Shown: one piece after another, positions 1 through 8,318 of the stretch
Position numbering within the stretch: position 1 is the first letter of the stretch
How the letters are laid out: each line of letters starts with the position of its first letter
Assembly (NCBI GenBank): GCA_047517385.1
Contig: JAKZSW010000003.1
Coordinates: 361 to 64,360, forward strand
Direction: 5' to 3'
From: Candidatus Tectimicrobiota bacterium
Lineage (GTDB): Bacteria > Tectomicrobia > Entotheonellia > Entotheonellales > Entotheonellaceae
Length of the DNA stretch: 64,000 bases
Position numbers and translations under genes: made by a program
Notes under the pieces: model-generated
Told to the model about the DNA's origin: nothing
The model's input: the letters and a program-made list of their open reading frames with translations, nothing else
Database searches by the model: none

Positions 1-18
1 GGTAGCCGTCCTATAGAG

Positions 19-135
19 TCAGTCAAAGACGAGAGCCGAGATGCCTAAACAGCCCCGCTGTCGCACGGTCTCGCAGCCCAGGCGACGAAGTGAAGCCTGC
101 AGGCTGGCGCCGTTCACGTCGCGGGGCAACTTCAT
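19..135 (-). pseudogene. HicA-like toxin remnant (38 codons, C-terminal part missing)
   Basis: Own reading, below the ORF-track cutoff. The ATG at 135 overlaps the stop of the upstream hicB-like gene (ATGA). MKLPRDVNGASLQASLRRLGCETVRQRG resembles the HicA N-terminus (KLPxxxGxxLxxxLxxxGxxxxRQxGSH). The GSH continuation is absent and a TGA lies at 19-21. Close to the window edge. Confidence 0.4.
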
Positions 136-344
136 GCCATCAGGACTTCGTCGCGCACAAAGTGCAGGCGGATCAACTGGGGTCGGGTCATGGTTTCGTC
201 GAAGTAGCAGTCAACGGCTTCCCGGACGTTGTGGCGGATTTCTTCCAGCGACTCGCCCTCAGTGTGGATCCCGTAACCCAGTGCGCTGGCCGAATATCCC
301 TCATCCACCTCGTCTTCGGTGACTTCGAAGATGATCTCGGTCAT
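132..344 (-). CDS. HicB-family (UPF0150-like) antitoxin, 70 aa
   Basis: C-terminal part of ORF 132..890(-), starting at the ATG at 344. MTEIIFEVTEDEVDEGYSASALGYGIHTEGESLEEIRHNVREAVDCYF is the typical small HicB-like fold signature. The rest of the long ORF overlaps purC and is rejected. Confidence 0.7.
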   Translation of the reverse strand: MTEIIFEVTEDEVDEGYSASALGYGIHTEGESLEEIRHNVREAVDCYFDETMTRPQLIRLHFVRDEVLMA

Positions 345-367
345 AACGTAACCTCGGGATAGAAACC

Positions 368-1249
368 CTACTCCGTCAGCAGGCGCAGGGCGTCGCGGTA
401 CTTCTCGGCGGTTTGCGCCACGATCTCGGCGGGTAGTTCCGGTGCCGGCGGGGTTTTGTTCCAGCCGGTGCTGCTGAGGTAATCGCGCACGTATTGCTTG
501 TCGAAGCTCGGCTGCCCGCGTCCCGCCTCGTATCGATCCAGCGGCCAGAAGCGCGACGAGTCCGGCGTCAGGATTTCGTCGATCAGATACAGTTCGTCGT
601 CCATCAGGGCCAACTCGAACTTCGTGTCGGCGATGATAATGCCGCGTTCCAGCGCGTAAGTCGCGGCCTCCTGGTACACTCGCAGGCTCGTATCCCGAAT
701 GCGCTCGGCCAGCCGTGTATCGCCCTCCAGCACCTCGCCCATCTCGTCGAACGAAATGTTGAGATCGTGCTCCCCCTCCGGCGCCTTCGTCGAGGGCGTG
801 AAGATCGGTTCCGGAAACTCTTCCGACTCCTGCAGCCCGGCCGGTAGCGGCAAGCCGCACACCGTGCCCTGCCGTTTGTATTCGGACCACGCCGACCCCG
901 TTATGTAGCCGCGCACGATGGCCTCCACCGGCAACGGCTCCATGCGGCGCACCACCACGGCGCGGTCGCCCACCTGCGCAACCTCCTCGGCGCTCAGCAC
1001 CTCGTCCACCCGCCGGCCGCTCAGATGATTGGGCACGACGGACGCGGTGCGCGCGAACCAGAAGTTCGACATGCGCGTCAGGATGCCGCCCTTGTCGGGA
1101 ATCGGCGTCGGCAGCAAGACGTCAAACGCTGACAGGCGGTCGGAGGCCACGATGAGCAGATTCTCGTCATCGACCTCATAAATGTCGCGCACCTTGCCCT
1201 GGCGCAAGCGCTTCAGGGATCGTAGATCAGACTCGAAAAGCGTATTCAT
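368..1249 (-). CDS. purC: Phosphoribosylaminoimidazole-succinocarboxamide (SAICAR) synthase
   Basis: 293 aa. KGKVRDIYEV..LLIVASDRLSAFDV, ADTKFE and the overall length are typical of PurC. Confidence 0.95.
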   Translation of the reverse strand: MNTLFESDLRSLKRLRQGKVRDIYEVDDENLLIVASDRLSAFDVLLPTPIPDKGGILTRMSNFWFARTASVVPNHLSGRRVDEVLSAEEVAQVGDRAVVVRRMEPLPVEAIVRGYITGSAWSEYKRQGTVCGLPLPAGLQESEEFPEPIFTPSTKAPEGEHDLNISFDEMGEVLEGDTRLAERIRDTSLRVYQEAATYALERGIIIADTKFELALMDDELYLIDEILTPDSSRFWPLDRYEAGRGQPSFDKQYVRDYLSSTGWNKTPPAPELPAEIVAQTAEKYRDALRLLTE

Positions 1250-1285
1250 CTCTCGTTCAACTCCTTTGCCAATGCCGGACGCGCC

Positions 1286-2398
1286 TCAGGCTGCCGGCGC
1301 CGCACCGGCGAGCATGGCGGGCTCGCTCAGGGGCGTGGTCGACCACGACTTTAATTCCGGCAACACGTGCCGGACGAAGCACTGCATGTTGCGCTCAGCC
1401 TCGTCGTAGGGCATGCCGGCAAAGCCGAAGTGGCACATGATGCCGTTCATGTCGATCTTGTCGCGGATGAGCGCCAACTTGTCGAGCACCTGCTGCGGCG
1501 TGCCCCAGGGCATCAGTTTGGTGAAGTCGCGCGCCGCGCTGTCCATGCCGTGGCGCCCGATGTAGCTGCCGACGTTGCGGTAGAACTCGTAGCCCTTGTG
1601 GGTGCCGAAATGCTCGGCGGTCATTTCGTAGTGCCGCATGACGGTGTGGTAATAGCCGCCGATGTATTTGTGGGCCAACTCCTCGGCGCGGTCGGCATTT
1701 TCGTCCACGAAGAAGAAACCGCCGCAGAAGGGTTGCGGCGGCTCGCAGCCGTTCTCCTCGCGGTAGACCTGAGTGTAGACGGTGAAATCCTGCTCGACGA
1801 CGTCCCACGGCTTTTGCGGAATCACCAGCAGGCCGACGCCGAGGCGCGCCATGATGGGCATGGACTCCGGCGACACCGCCGCCGCGTAGGTGCGGCCACG
1901 GAAGGACCGCATTGGGTACGGGCGTATATCGCGGCGCGGCTGTTGCAACGTTTCGCCGCCCTCCACGTAGCCCTGTTCCAGCCCCTGCAGCACCAGCTCG
2001 GCGTATTCGACGAAGCGCTGCCGGCTCTCGTTCTGGTCGATCCGAAAGCCTTCATACTCCACCCGCGCCAAGCCGCGGCCGAGCCCCAGGATGACGCGTC
2101 CGCCTGACAGGTGATCGAGCATCACGATCTGTTCGGCCACCCGCACCGGGTCGTGCCACGGCAGCACCACGACCATCGAGCCCAGCTTGATGCGCTGCGT
2201 CTTGCCGGCCATGTAGGAGAGAAACTGCAGCACGTCGGGGCACATGGTGTAATCGGTGAAATGGTGCTCCACCGACCACACCGAGTCGAAGCCGAGGGGC
2301 TCGGCCATTTCGGCGAGCCGCAGTTCCTGGGCGTAGACCTCGGCGTCCGACAGGGCGTTGCCGGGATTCTGGAAAAGCGGTGCGTAACCCACGTGCAT
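1286..2398 (-). CDS. LLM-class (luciferase-like) flavin-dependent oxidoreductase
   Basis: ORF 1286..2413(-). Start moved to the ATG at 2398 (MHVGYAPLF), which has GAGGAGG 6 nt upstream; the track's TTG start lies inside that SD. GFDSVWSVEHHF and GGRVILGLGRG are LLM motifs. Confidence 0.85.
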   Translation of the reverse strand: MHVGYAPLFQNPGNALSDAEVYAQELRLAEMAEPLGFDSVWSVEHHFTDYTMCPDVLQFLSYMAGKTQRIKLGSMVVVLPWHDPVRVAEQIVMLDHLSGGRVILGLGRGLARVEYEGFRIDQNESRQRFVEYAELVLQGLEQGYVEGGETLQQPRRDIRPYPMRSFRGRTYAAAVSPESMPIMARLGVGLLVIPQKPWDVVEQDFTVYTQVYREENGCEPPQPFCGGFFFVDENADRAEELAHKYIGGYYHTVMRHYEMTAEHFGTHKGYEFYRNVGSYIGRHGMDSAARDFTKLMPWGTPQQVLDKLALIRDKIDMNGIMCHFGFAGMPYDEAERNMQCFVRHVLPELKSWSTTPLSEPAMLAGAAPAA

Positions 2399-2440
2399 GA
2401 CGTGCCTCCTCAATGCGGTGCGACGGGTGAACGGCGGGCC

Positions 2441-3232
2441 TCAGTAGGCCGGAATGGTGCCGGCCTTCACGTTGCCCTGCCGCATGACGGCGACTTCCTC
2501 GGCCGCCTTGGCCGGCATGAAGCGGCTTTCCGAGGCGATGGTGACGAACTGGTAGCCCTCCTCGATCATCTTGAGGGCGTATTGCGACGTGTTGTTGTGC
2601 AGGCCGGCGATGACGCCGTACTTCTTGCAGGTAGAAACGATGCGCAGCAGCGCGTCGACCACCGCAGGCTCGTCCTGATCCAGGCGCGGTTTGTAGCCCA
2701 GAGCCAGGCTCAGGTCTGAGGGGCCGACGTACACCGCGTCGATACCGGGGACTTGCAGGATGGCGTCGAGGTTTTCGAGCGCTTCGGCGGTTTCGATCAT
2801 CGGCATGATCAGCACGTCGTCATTGGCGTGGTCGCCGTAATCCGCCCCCGCGTAAATGGAGGCGCGCACCGGCCCCCAGCTGCGGTAGCCCTGCGGCGGG
2901 TATTTGCAGGCTTTGACCATGGCCTCGGCCTGCTCGACGGTGCTCACCATCGGGCAGATGACGCCGTAGACGCCGGCATCGAGGATTTTCATCAGCAGCG
3001 CCGGATCGTTCCACGCCACGCGCGCCAGGGGGATGGTGCTGGTGGTGGACACCGCCTGCAGCATGGTGACGGCGGTCTGGTAGTCGACGACGCCGTGCTG
3101 CATGTCGACCGTCAGCGAATCGAACCCCTGGTGGGCCATGATCTCGGCGGAGAAAGCGCTGGGGATCGACAGCCAGCCGTTGACGACGGCGTCGCCGCGC
3201 GCCCAGATCGCTTTCAGTGTGTTCTCGCGCAT
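2441..3232 (-). CDS. HpcH/HpaI-family aldolase (2,4-dihydroxyhept-2-enedioate aldolase-like)
   Basis: ORF 2441..3280(-). Start at the ATG at 3232 (MRENTLKAIW) with AAGGAG upstream. Motifs: FDSLTVDMQHG, MIETAEALENLDAI, VYVGPSDLSLALG. Confidence 0.85.
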   Translation of the reverse strand: MRENTLKAIWARGDAVVNGWLSIPSAFSAEIMAHQGFDSLTVDMQHGVVDYQTAVTMLQAVSTTSTIPLARVAWNDPALLMKILDAGVYGVICPMVSTVEQAEAMVKACKYPPQGYRSWGPVRASIYAGADYGDHANDDVLIMPMIETAEALENLDAILQVPGIDAVYVGPSDLSLALGYKPRLDQDEPAVVDALLRIVSTCKKYGVIAGLHNNTSQYALKMIEEGYQFVTIASESRFMPAKAAEEVAVMRQGNVKAGTIPAY

Positions 3233-3385
3233 CGGTTCGGTTCTCCTTACTCTGATTCTGGCAATGTCGCAGGGCGGCACGCTACGCGGTTTGACGAGAG
3301 CGGCAGGAAAGCGTACAAAATGAGGCGGCAGGCAGCGGGTCCCGCCATGTCATCCGCTCACGTATTTCAGGGAGAATCATATACG

Positions 3386-5242
3386 ATGCGAACTTCAGTC
3401 ACCAGCGACCCCAAACAGCTTGCGGACTACCGTTTTCGGCGCGTGCGCATCGATCTCGGAGAGGCGCGAATCGAGCAAGAGGAAGTCGCTTGCGCGGACA
3501 TGGAAGACTTCCTCGGCGGCATCGGGCGCGCCTTCAAATCCCTGGCTGAACACGACGTGAGCGATGCCTATGCCCCCGCGGCGCCGCTGATCATGAACCT
3601 CGGCGTCTTCTCCGGCACCGAGCTCATGACCGGCCTGCGCGTGTTCTTCTCCGCCTACAGCCCGCTCAAGGCAGCCAACAACGGCCAACCGCTCGCCATG
3701 TGGTCGACGGCGTCCGGCAAATTCGGCACCAAGATGCTCGCCGCCGGCGTGGACGAGGTGGTGTTCGTCGGGCGGGCGGCGCGTCCGGTCTACCTGCTGA
3801 TCCGCAACGATGACGGCAACCTGAGCTTGTCGCTGGAAGACGCCGGCGACCTCGTTGGGCAGACGACGCACGACAAGATCATGCAACTCGCCGACCGCCA
3901 TGCGGATTCGCACGTGGCGGGGCTAGGGCCTGCGGGCGAGAGCTGGCAGAACAACGCCTATGCGGCCATCGCCTGCAGCACGGTCAACCAGTTGCAATCG
4001 CGGCAGTGCAAGCCCAGGTTCGCCGGGCGCGGCGGCATGGGCAGCGTCATGGGCTCCAAGAACCTGCTGGCCGTGGTCGCCCAAGCGCCCGACCTGAAAC
4101 GCGGCAAGCTGCCCGCCGAAGTGCGGGATGCCAACAAGGAAATCAGCCGCGGCGAGGGCTCGCGCAACTACCGCGACGCCAAAAAGGCCAACGGCGCCGG
4201 CGGCACCTGGCGCAACGTCGCAGGGCTGCATCCCCTGGGCGCGCTGCCGGAAACCAATTTCTGGCCGCAGGGCGACGACTCGCCGTCCAGCCTGTACCGC
4301 AGTTCCATGGAGGAGCCGTACCTCATCAAGGACGAGTCGTGCTACCAGTGCGGCATCGCCTGCCATAAGAACATCTATGACGTCGACGAGTCCGACGGCC
4401 GGCGCAAGGCCGGCAAGTTCTACGCCAAGTTCGATTACGAGCCGCTCGACCTGATGACCATCAACCTCGGCATCTACGATCAGCAACAGGCACTGGATAT
4501 CGTCGAGTTGGTCGACCAACTGGGCTTCGACTCCATCAGCCTCGGCGTGACGCTCGGCTATGCCATGGACTACAACCGTCAACACCCCGAGCAGGCCATT
4601 CTCGACGGCTTGAGCTTCGGCGATTTCGACGCCACCTGCGAGATCATCCGCAAGGCCGCGGCCGGCGAGTGCCCGGATATCGGCCTGGGCGTCAAGCGCC
4701 TCTCGGAAGCCCTCGGCGAGACCGATTACGCCATGCACTGCAAGGGTCTGGAACTGCCCGCCTACCTGCCGGAAACCAACCCCGGCTACCCGTTCGCTAT
4801 CGCCGGCGGCCACATGTCGATGCGCACCTTCCTGCTGCTGGTCTTCGAGGGCCGCACCGAGCTCGACTACTGGGTGGACGCCATCGTCAACAAGGGCATT
4901 TACTACACCCGCGACGACCTTCTGGGCCTGTGCAAGTTTGCCGGCACCCCGGATGCCGTCATCGAGCCGTCCTTCCGCAGCCTGTTCGGCGTCGAAGTGA
5001 CCACCGCCGATCTCATGCACGCCACCCAGCGCACCTACCTGCGCGGCCTCCTCCTGGAGCGCAAACAGGGCGCCACCCTGGACGATTACGTCCTCCCCGC
5101 CCGCTCCTATCAGAACAACCCGCACGTGCAACTGCCCCACTTCGTGACGCCCGAGTTCATGCACGACCTACGCCAGCAGGTGTTCGAGGCCTTCGACGAG
5201 CAAATCGAGGAATACGGGTTGGCAACGACGGCCGGCGGGTAA
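3386..5242 (+). CDS. Aldehyde:ferredoxin oxidoreductase (AOR) family tungsto/molybdopterin enzyme
   Basis: Real start is the ATG at 3386 (GGAGA SD at 3371-3375) inside ORF 2753..5242. 618 aa. N-terminal AOR-like domain, and ESCYQCGIACHK gives the Cx2Cx3C 4Fe-4S ligand pattern of AOR enzymes. Confidence 0.85.
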   Translation: MRTSVTSDPKQLADYRFRRVRIDLGEARIEQEEVACADMEDFLGGIGRAFKSLAEHDVSDAYAPAAPLIMNLGVFSGTELMTGLRVFFSAYSPLKAANNGQPLAMWSTASGKFGTKMLAAGVDEVVFVGRAARPVYLLIRNDDGNLSLSLEDAGDLVGQTTHDKIMQLADRHADSHVAGLGPAGESWQNNAYAAIACSTVNQLQSRQCKPRFAGRGGMGSVMGSKNLLAVVAQAPDLKRGKLPAEVRDANKEISRGEGSRNYRDAKKANGAGGTWRNVAGLHPLGALPETNFWPQGDDSPSSLYRSSMEEPYLIKDESCYQCGIACHKNIYDVDESDGRRKAGKFYAKFDYEPLDLMTINLGIYDQQQALDIVELVDQLGFDSISLGVTLGYAMDYNRQHPEQAILDGLSFGDFDATCEIIRKAAAGECPDIGLGVKRLSEALGETDYAMHCKGLELPAYLPETNPGYPFAIAGGHMSMRTFLLLVFEGRTELDYWVDAIVNKGIYYTRDDLLGLCKFAGTPDAVIEPSFRSLFGVEVTTADLMHATQRTYLRGLLLERKQGATLDDYVLPARSYQNNPHVQLPHFVTPEFMHDLRQQVFEAFDEQIEEYGLATTAGG

Positions 5243-5301
5243 AGGACATATTCGCCTGATCTCGGCTCGTCTGGCGTCAACCAAGGAAAGGCAGGCTTAC
5301 C

Positions 5302-5457
5302 ATGAACAGATGCGATAGCCCCCTTACGCCCGAACAAATCGCGGCCACAAAGGACGAGGGCACCGATTTCAGTGACATTCCCGAACTGGACGAAACCTTC
5401 TGGCGTCAAGTGCGCCTCGTCGAACCCGACCGCCGATCGGTGGGTGACGAAGCGTAG
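5302..5457 (+). pseudogene. 5' fragment of a DUF4415/BrnA-like antitoxin gene (51 codons)
   Basis: Own reading. MNRCDSPLTPEQIAATKDEGTDFSDIPELDETFWRQVRLVEPDRR matches the N-terminal half of DUF4415 proteins (..D.SDIPELtdEFWk.a..v.P..k). The usual C-terminal RLD.DVL.WFK..GKGYQT module is missing. Confidence 0.35.
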
Positions 5458-5551
5458 CTGATTCGCCGGGACGTGGCTGGGTTCGACCTTGCAGGCGGTT
5501 TCATGGGCATAACCCTGCAAGGAACTCTAACCCAACGGCGAAGGACGAGTG

Positions 5552-8317
5552 ATGTCGATTGCCAACCAGACATCCGAGCAGGCAGCGCGGGACGTGATCG
5601 ACGGGATGGTGCGTGATGCGGGATGGGTGGTTCAGAATAACAAGAAGATCGACTTCAGGGCCGGCCCCGACGTCGCTGTTCGTGAGTATCAGACGGACGC
5701 CGGGCCCGCCGATTACGTTCTCTTCGTCGGCAAGAAACCTGTCGGGGTGATCGAGGCCAAACCAGGTCACCGGGGTCAGAACATCACGACGGTCGAGGAG
5801 CAGTCCGCGACCTATGCCTCGGCCAGGCTCAAGTGGCTGAACCATTCAGAGCCGTTGCCGTTCGTTTACGAAAGCACCGGCGTGCTGACGCGGTTTACCA
5901 ACACGCGCGACCCGAAACCGCGCTCCCGGGAGGTATTCCATTTCCCCCGGCCGGAGACGATGCAGGAATGGCATTTCCGGTCGGCCACGCTGCGCGCCCG
6001 CCTCCAGACGCTGCCGAGCTTGGACCCCGCCGGATTGAGAACGTGCCAGGTCAACGCCATTGAGGGGCTGGAGGCATCCTTCCAAGACGACCGCCCGCGC
6101 GCCCTCATTCAGATGGCGACCGGCTCGGGCAAGACCTACACTGCCATTACCTCGATCTACCGGCTGCTCAAGCACGCCGACGCCAAGCGCGTCCTCTTTC
6201 TCGTCGACACCAAGAACCTGGGCGAACAGGCCGAGCAGGAATTCATGGCCTATGTCCCCAGCGACGACAACCGCAAGTTCATCGAGCTTTACAACGTCCA
6301 GCGCCTCAGGTCGTCCTACGTCCCCAAGAACAGCCAGGTCTGCATCAGCACCATCCAGCGCATGTATTCGCTGCTGAAGGACCAGGACATGGACGAAGCC
6401 GCCGAGGAAATCAACCCGGCGGAGATGGTGCAGATCAGACAGCCGAGGCCGGTCGTCTATAACCCGAAGATCCCGCCCGAGTTCTTCGACTTCATCATCA
6501 TCGACGAATGCCATCGCTCGATTTACAACCTGTGGCGCCAGGTCCTGGAATACTTCGACGCCTATCTCGTCGGCCTGACGGCCACGCCGGACAACCGCAC
6601 CTATGGATTCTTCAGAACGAACGTCGTCAGCGAATACAGCCATGAGCAAGCTGTCGCCGACGGTGTCAACGTCGGCAACGAAATCTACGCCATCGACACG
6701 GTAAGGACGCAGCGCGGCGGCCAGCTCAAGGCCCGCCAGCAGGTCGAGAGGCGGGAGCGGCTGACGCGCCGCAAGCGCTGGGAAATTCAGGACGAGGCCG
6801 TCGTCTATACCGGTAAGGAACTTGACCGTTCCGTCGTCAACCCGGACCAGATTCGCACCGTCGTTCGCACCTTCCGCGACAAGCTGCCGGAGATATTTCC
6901 CGGCCGCGCCGAAGTCCCGAAAACGCTCGTCTTCGCCAAGACCGACAGCCACGCCGACGACATCATCCAGACCGTGCGCGAGGAATTCGCCGAAGGCAAC
7001 GAGTTCTGCAAGAAGATCGCCTACAAGGCCGAGGAAGACCCGAAATCCGTCCTCGCCCAGTTCCGCAACGACTACTACCCGCGCATCGCCGTGACCGTGG
7101 ACATGGTTGCCACCGGCACCGACGTCAAGCCGCTCGAATGCCTGCTGTTCATGCGCGACGTGAGGAGCCGCAACTATTTCGAGCAGATGAAGGGCCGCGG
7201 CACCCGCACCCTCGACCACGACGACCTCAGGAAAGTCTCGCCCTCAGCGGTCAGCGGCAAGACCCACTACGTGATCGTGGACGCCGTGGGCGTCACGAAA
7301 TCGCTCAAGACCGCAAGCCAGCCCCTTATCACCAAACCCGCCGTGCCACTCCGGGACCTCGCCATGGGCGTAATGATGGGCGCGCACGACGAAGACACCG
7401 TGAGTTCCCTCGCCGGCCACCTCGCCCGACTCAGCCAGCGACTTGACCCCGCCGAGCAGGAGCGAGTCCGAGAACAGGCCGGCGGCGTCGAACTTACCGG
7501 CATCGTCGGCAATCTGTTGGCGGCCATTGACCCGGACCGGATCGACGAGAAGGCGCGCGAGATTGGGTCGGTGCCCGACGGTGCCGAGCCGTCACCGGCC
7601 ACGAGCGACAAGGCCCAGGAATTGTTGGTAGGCGAGGCGGCCAGCGTGTTCAACGGCGAGTTGATCGAACTACTCGACTCGATTCACCGCGCCAAGGACC
7701 AAACTGTCGACCATGACAGCCTGGACACCGTGCTGCGCGCCGAATGGGAGGGCGACGCGCACGAGAACGCCGAAGCCATGGCGCGGGATTTCCAGCACTA
7801 TCTGGAAGCCAATCGCGACGAGATTGAAGCACTGACCATCTTCTACGCCCAGCCGTACCGCCGCCGCGAGTTGACCTGCGCCATGATCCGTGAGTTGTCC
7901 GACAGACTGAAGGACGACCGGCCCCGGCTGTCCCCTTTGCGAGTCTGGCAGGCGTATGCGCCGCTCGACGACTACAAAGGCGCCCAACCCGTTCGCGAAC
8001 TGACCGCGCTCGTGGCCTTGATCCGCCGCGCCTGCGGCATTGACAGCCAACTCTCGCCCTACTCGGAAACCGTGCGCCGCAATTTCCAGAATTGGATCAT
8101 GACACGCCACAGCGGCAGCGGCGAGAAGTTCAACGAGGCGCAGATGGACTGGCTGCGCATGATTCGTGACCACGTCATCACGTCGTTTCATCTGGACCGC
8201 GACGATCTGGACATGGCGCCGTTCGATGGCAAAGGCGGCATGGGACAGCTGTACAAGCTCTTCGGCGATCGAATGGACGATGTGATTGATGAGTTGAATG
8301 AGGTGTTGGCGGCGTAA
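5552..8317 (+). CDS. hsdR: Type I restriction enzyme R subunit (EcoAI/EcoEI-like)
   Basis: 921-922 aa. HsdR N-terminal nuclease-like region, Walker A QMATGSGKT and DEAH box IIIDECHRS. The C-terminal region resembles the EcoEI R C-terminal domain. The start could be GTG 5549 or ATG 5552. Confidence 0.9.
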   Translation: MSIANQTSEQAARDVIDGMVRDAGWVVQNNKKIDFRAGPDVAVREYQTDAGPADYVLFVGKKPVGVIEAKPGHRGQNITTVEEQSATYASARLKWLNHSEPLPFVYESTGVLTRFTNTRDPKPRSREVFHFPRPETMQEWHFRSATLRARLQTLPSLDPAGLRTCQVNAIEGLEASFQDDRPRALIQMATGSGKTYTAITSIYRLLKHADAKRVLFLVDTKNLGEQAEQEFMAYVPSDDNRKFIELYNVQRLRSSYVPKNSQVCISTIQRMYSLLKDQDMDEAAEEINPAEMVQIRQPRPVVYNPKIPPEFFDFIIIDECHRSIYNLWRQVLEYFDAYLVGLTATPDNRTYGFFRTNVVSEYSHEQAVADGVNVGNEIYAIDTVRTQRGGQLKARQQVERRERLTRRKRWEIQDEAVVYTGKELDRSVVNPDQIRTVVRTFRDKLPEIFPGRAEVPKTLVFAKTDSHADDIIQTVREEFAEGNEFCKKIAYKAEEDPKSVLAQFRNDYYPRIAVTVDMVATGTDVKPLECLLFMRDVRSRNYFEQMKGRGTRTLDHDDLRKVSPSAVSGKTHYVIVDAVGVTKSLKTASQPLITKPAVPLRDLAMGVMMGAHDEDTVSSLAGHLARLSQRLDPAEQERVREQAGGVELTGIVGNLLAAIDPDRIDEKAREIGSVPDGAEPSPATSDKAQELLVGEAASVFNGELIELLDSIHRAKDQTVDHDSLDTVLRAEWEGDAHENAEAMARDFQHYLEANRDEIEALTIFYAQPYRRRELTCAMIRELSDRLKDDRPRLSPLRVWQAYAPLDDYKGAQPVRELTALVALIRRACGIDSQLSPYSETVRRNFQNWIMTRHSGSGEKFNEAQMDWLRMIRDHVITSFHLDRDDLDMAPFDGKGGMGQLYKLFGDRMDDVIDELNEVLAA

Positions 8318-8318
8318 C

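Noticed and set aside
2753-3385. N-terminal extensions of track ORFs: 2753-3385 (AOR), 17294-17695 (surA-like), 19295-19381 (pyrB), 19840-20310 (pyrC), 25939-26070 (pyrD), 32612-32932 (ndk), 51446-51559 and 53086-53211 (amidohydrolases).
   Set aside because: The extensions overlap neighbouring genes or intergenic DNA and lack family similarity. Internal starts with good Shine-Dalgarno sequences give family-typical N-termini.
3923-5164. Long antisense ORFs opposite well-supported genes. Examples: 3923..5164(-) vs AOR, 5846..7219(-) vs hsdR, 24455..26038(-) vs carB, 61745..63448(-) vs ilvC, 34822..35964(+) vs pafA, 37750..38877(+) vs dop, 58584..59537(+) vs pgi.
   Set aside because: High G+C produces long stop-free antisense frames. 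The translations are Arg/Gly/Ala/His-rich with no recognisable motifs, whereas the sense-strand genes match known families end to end.
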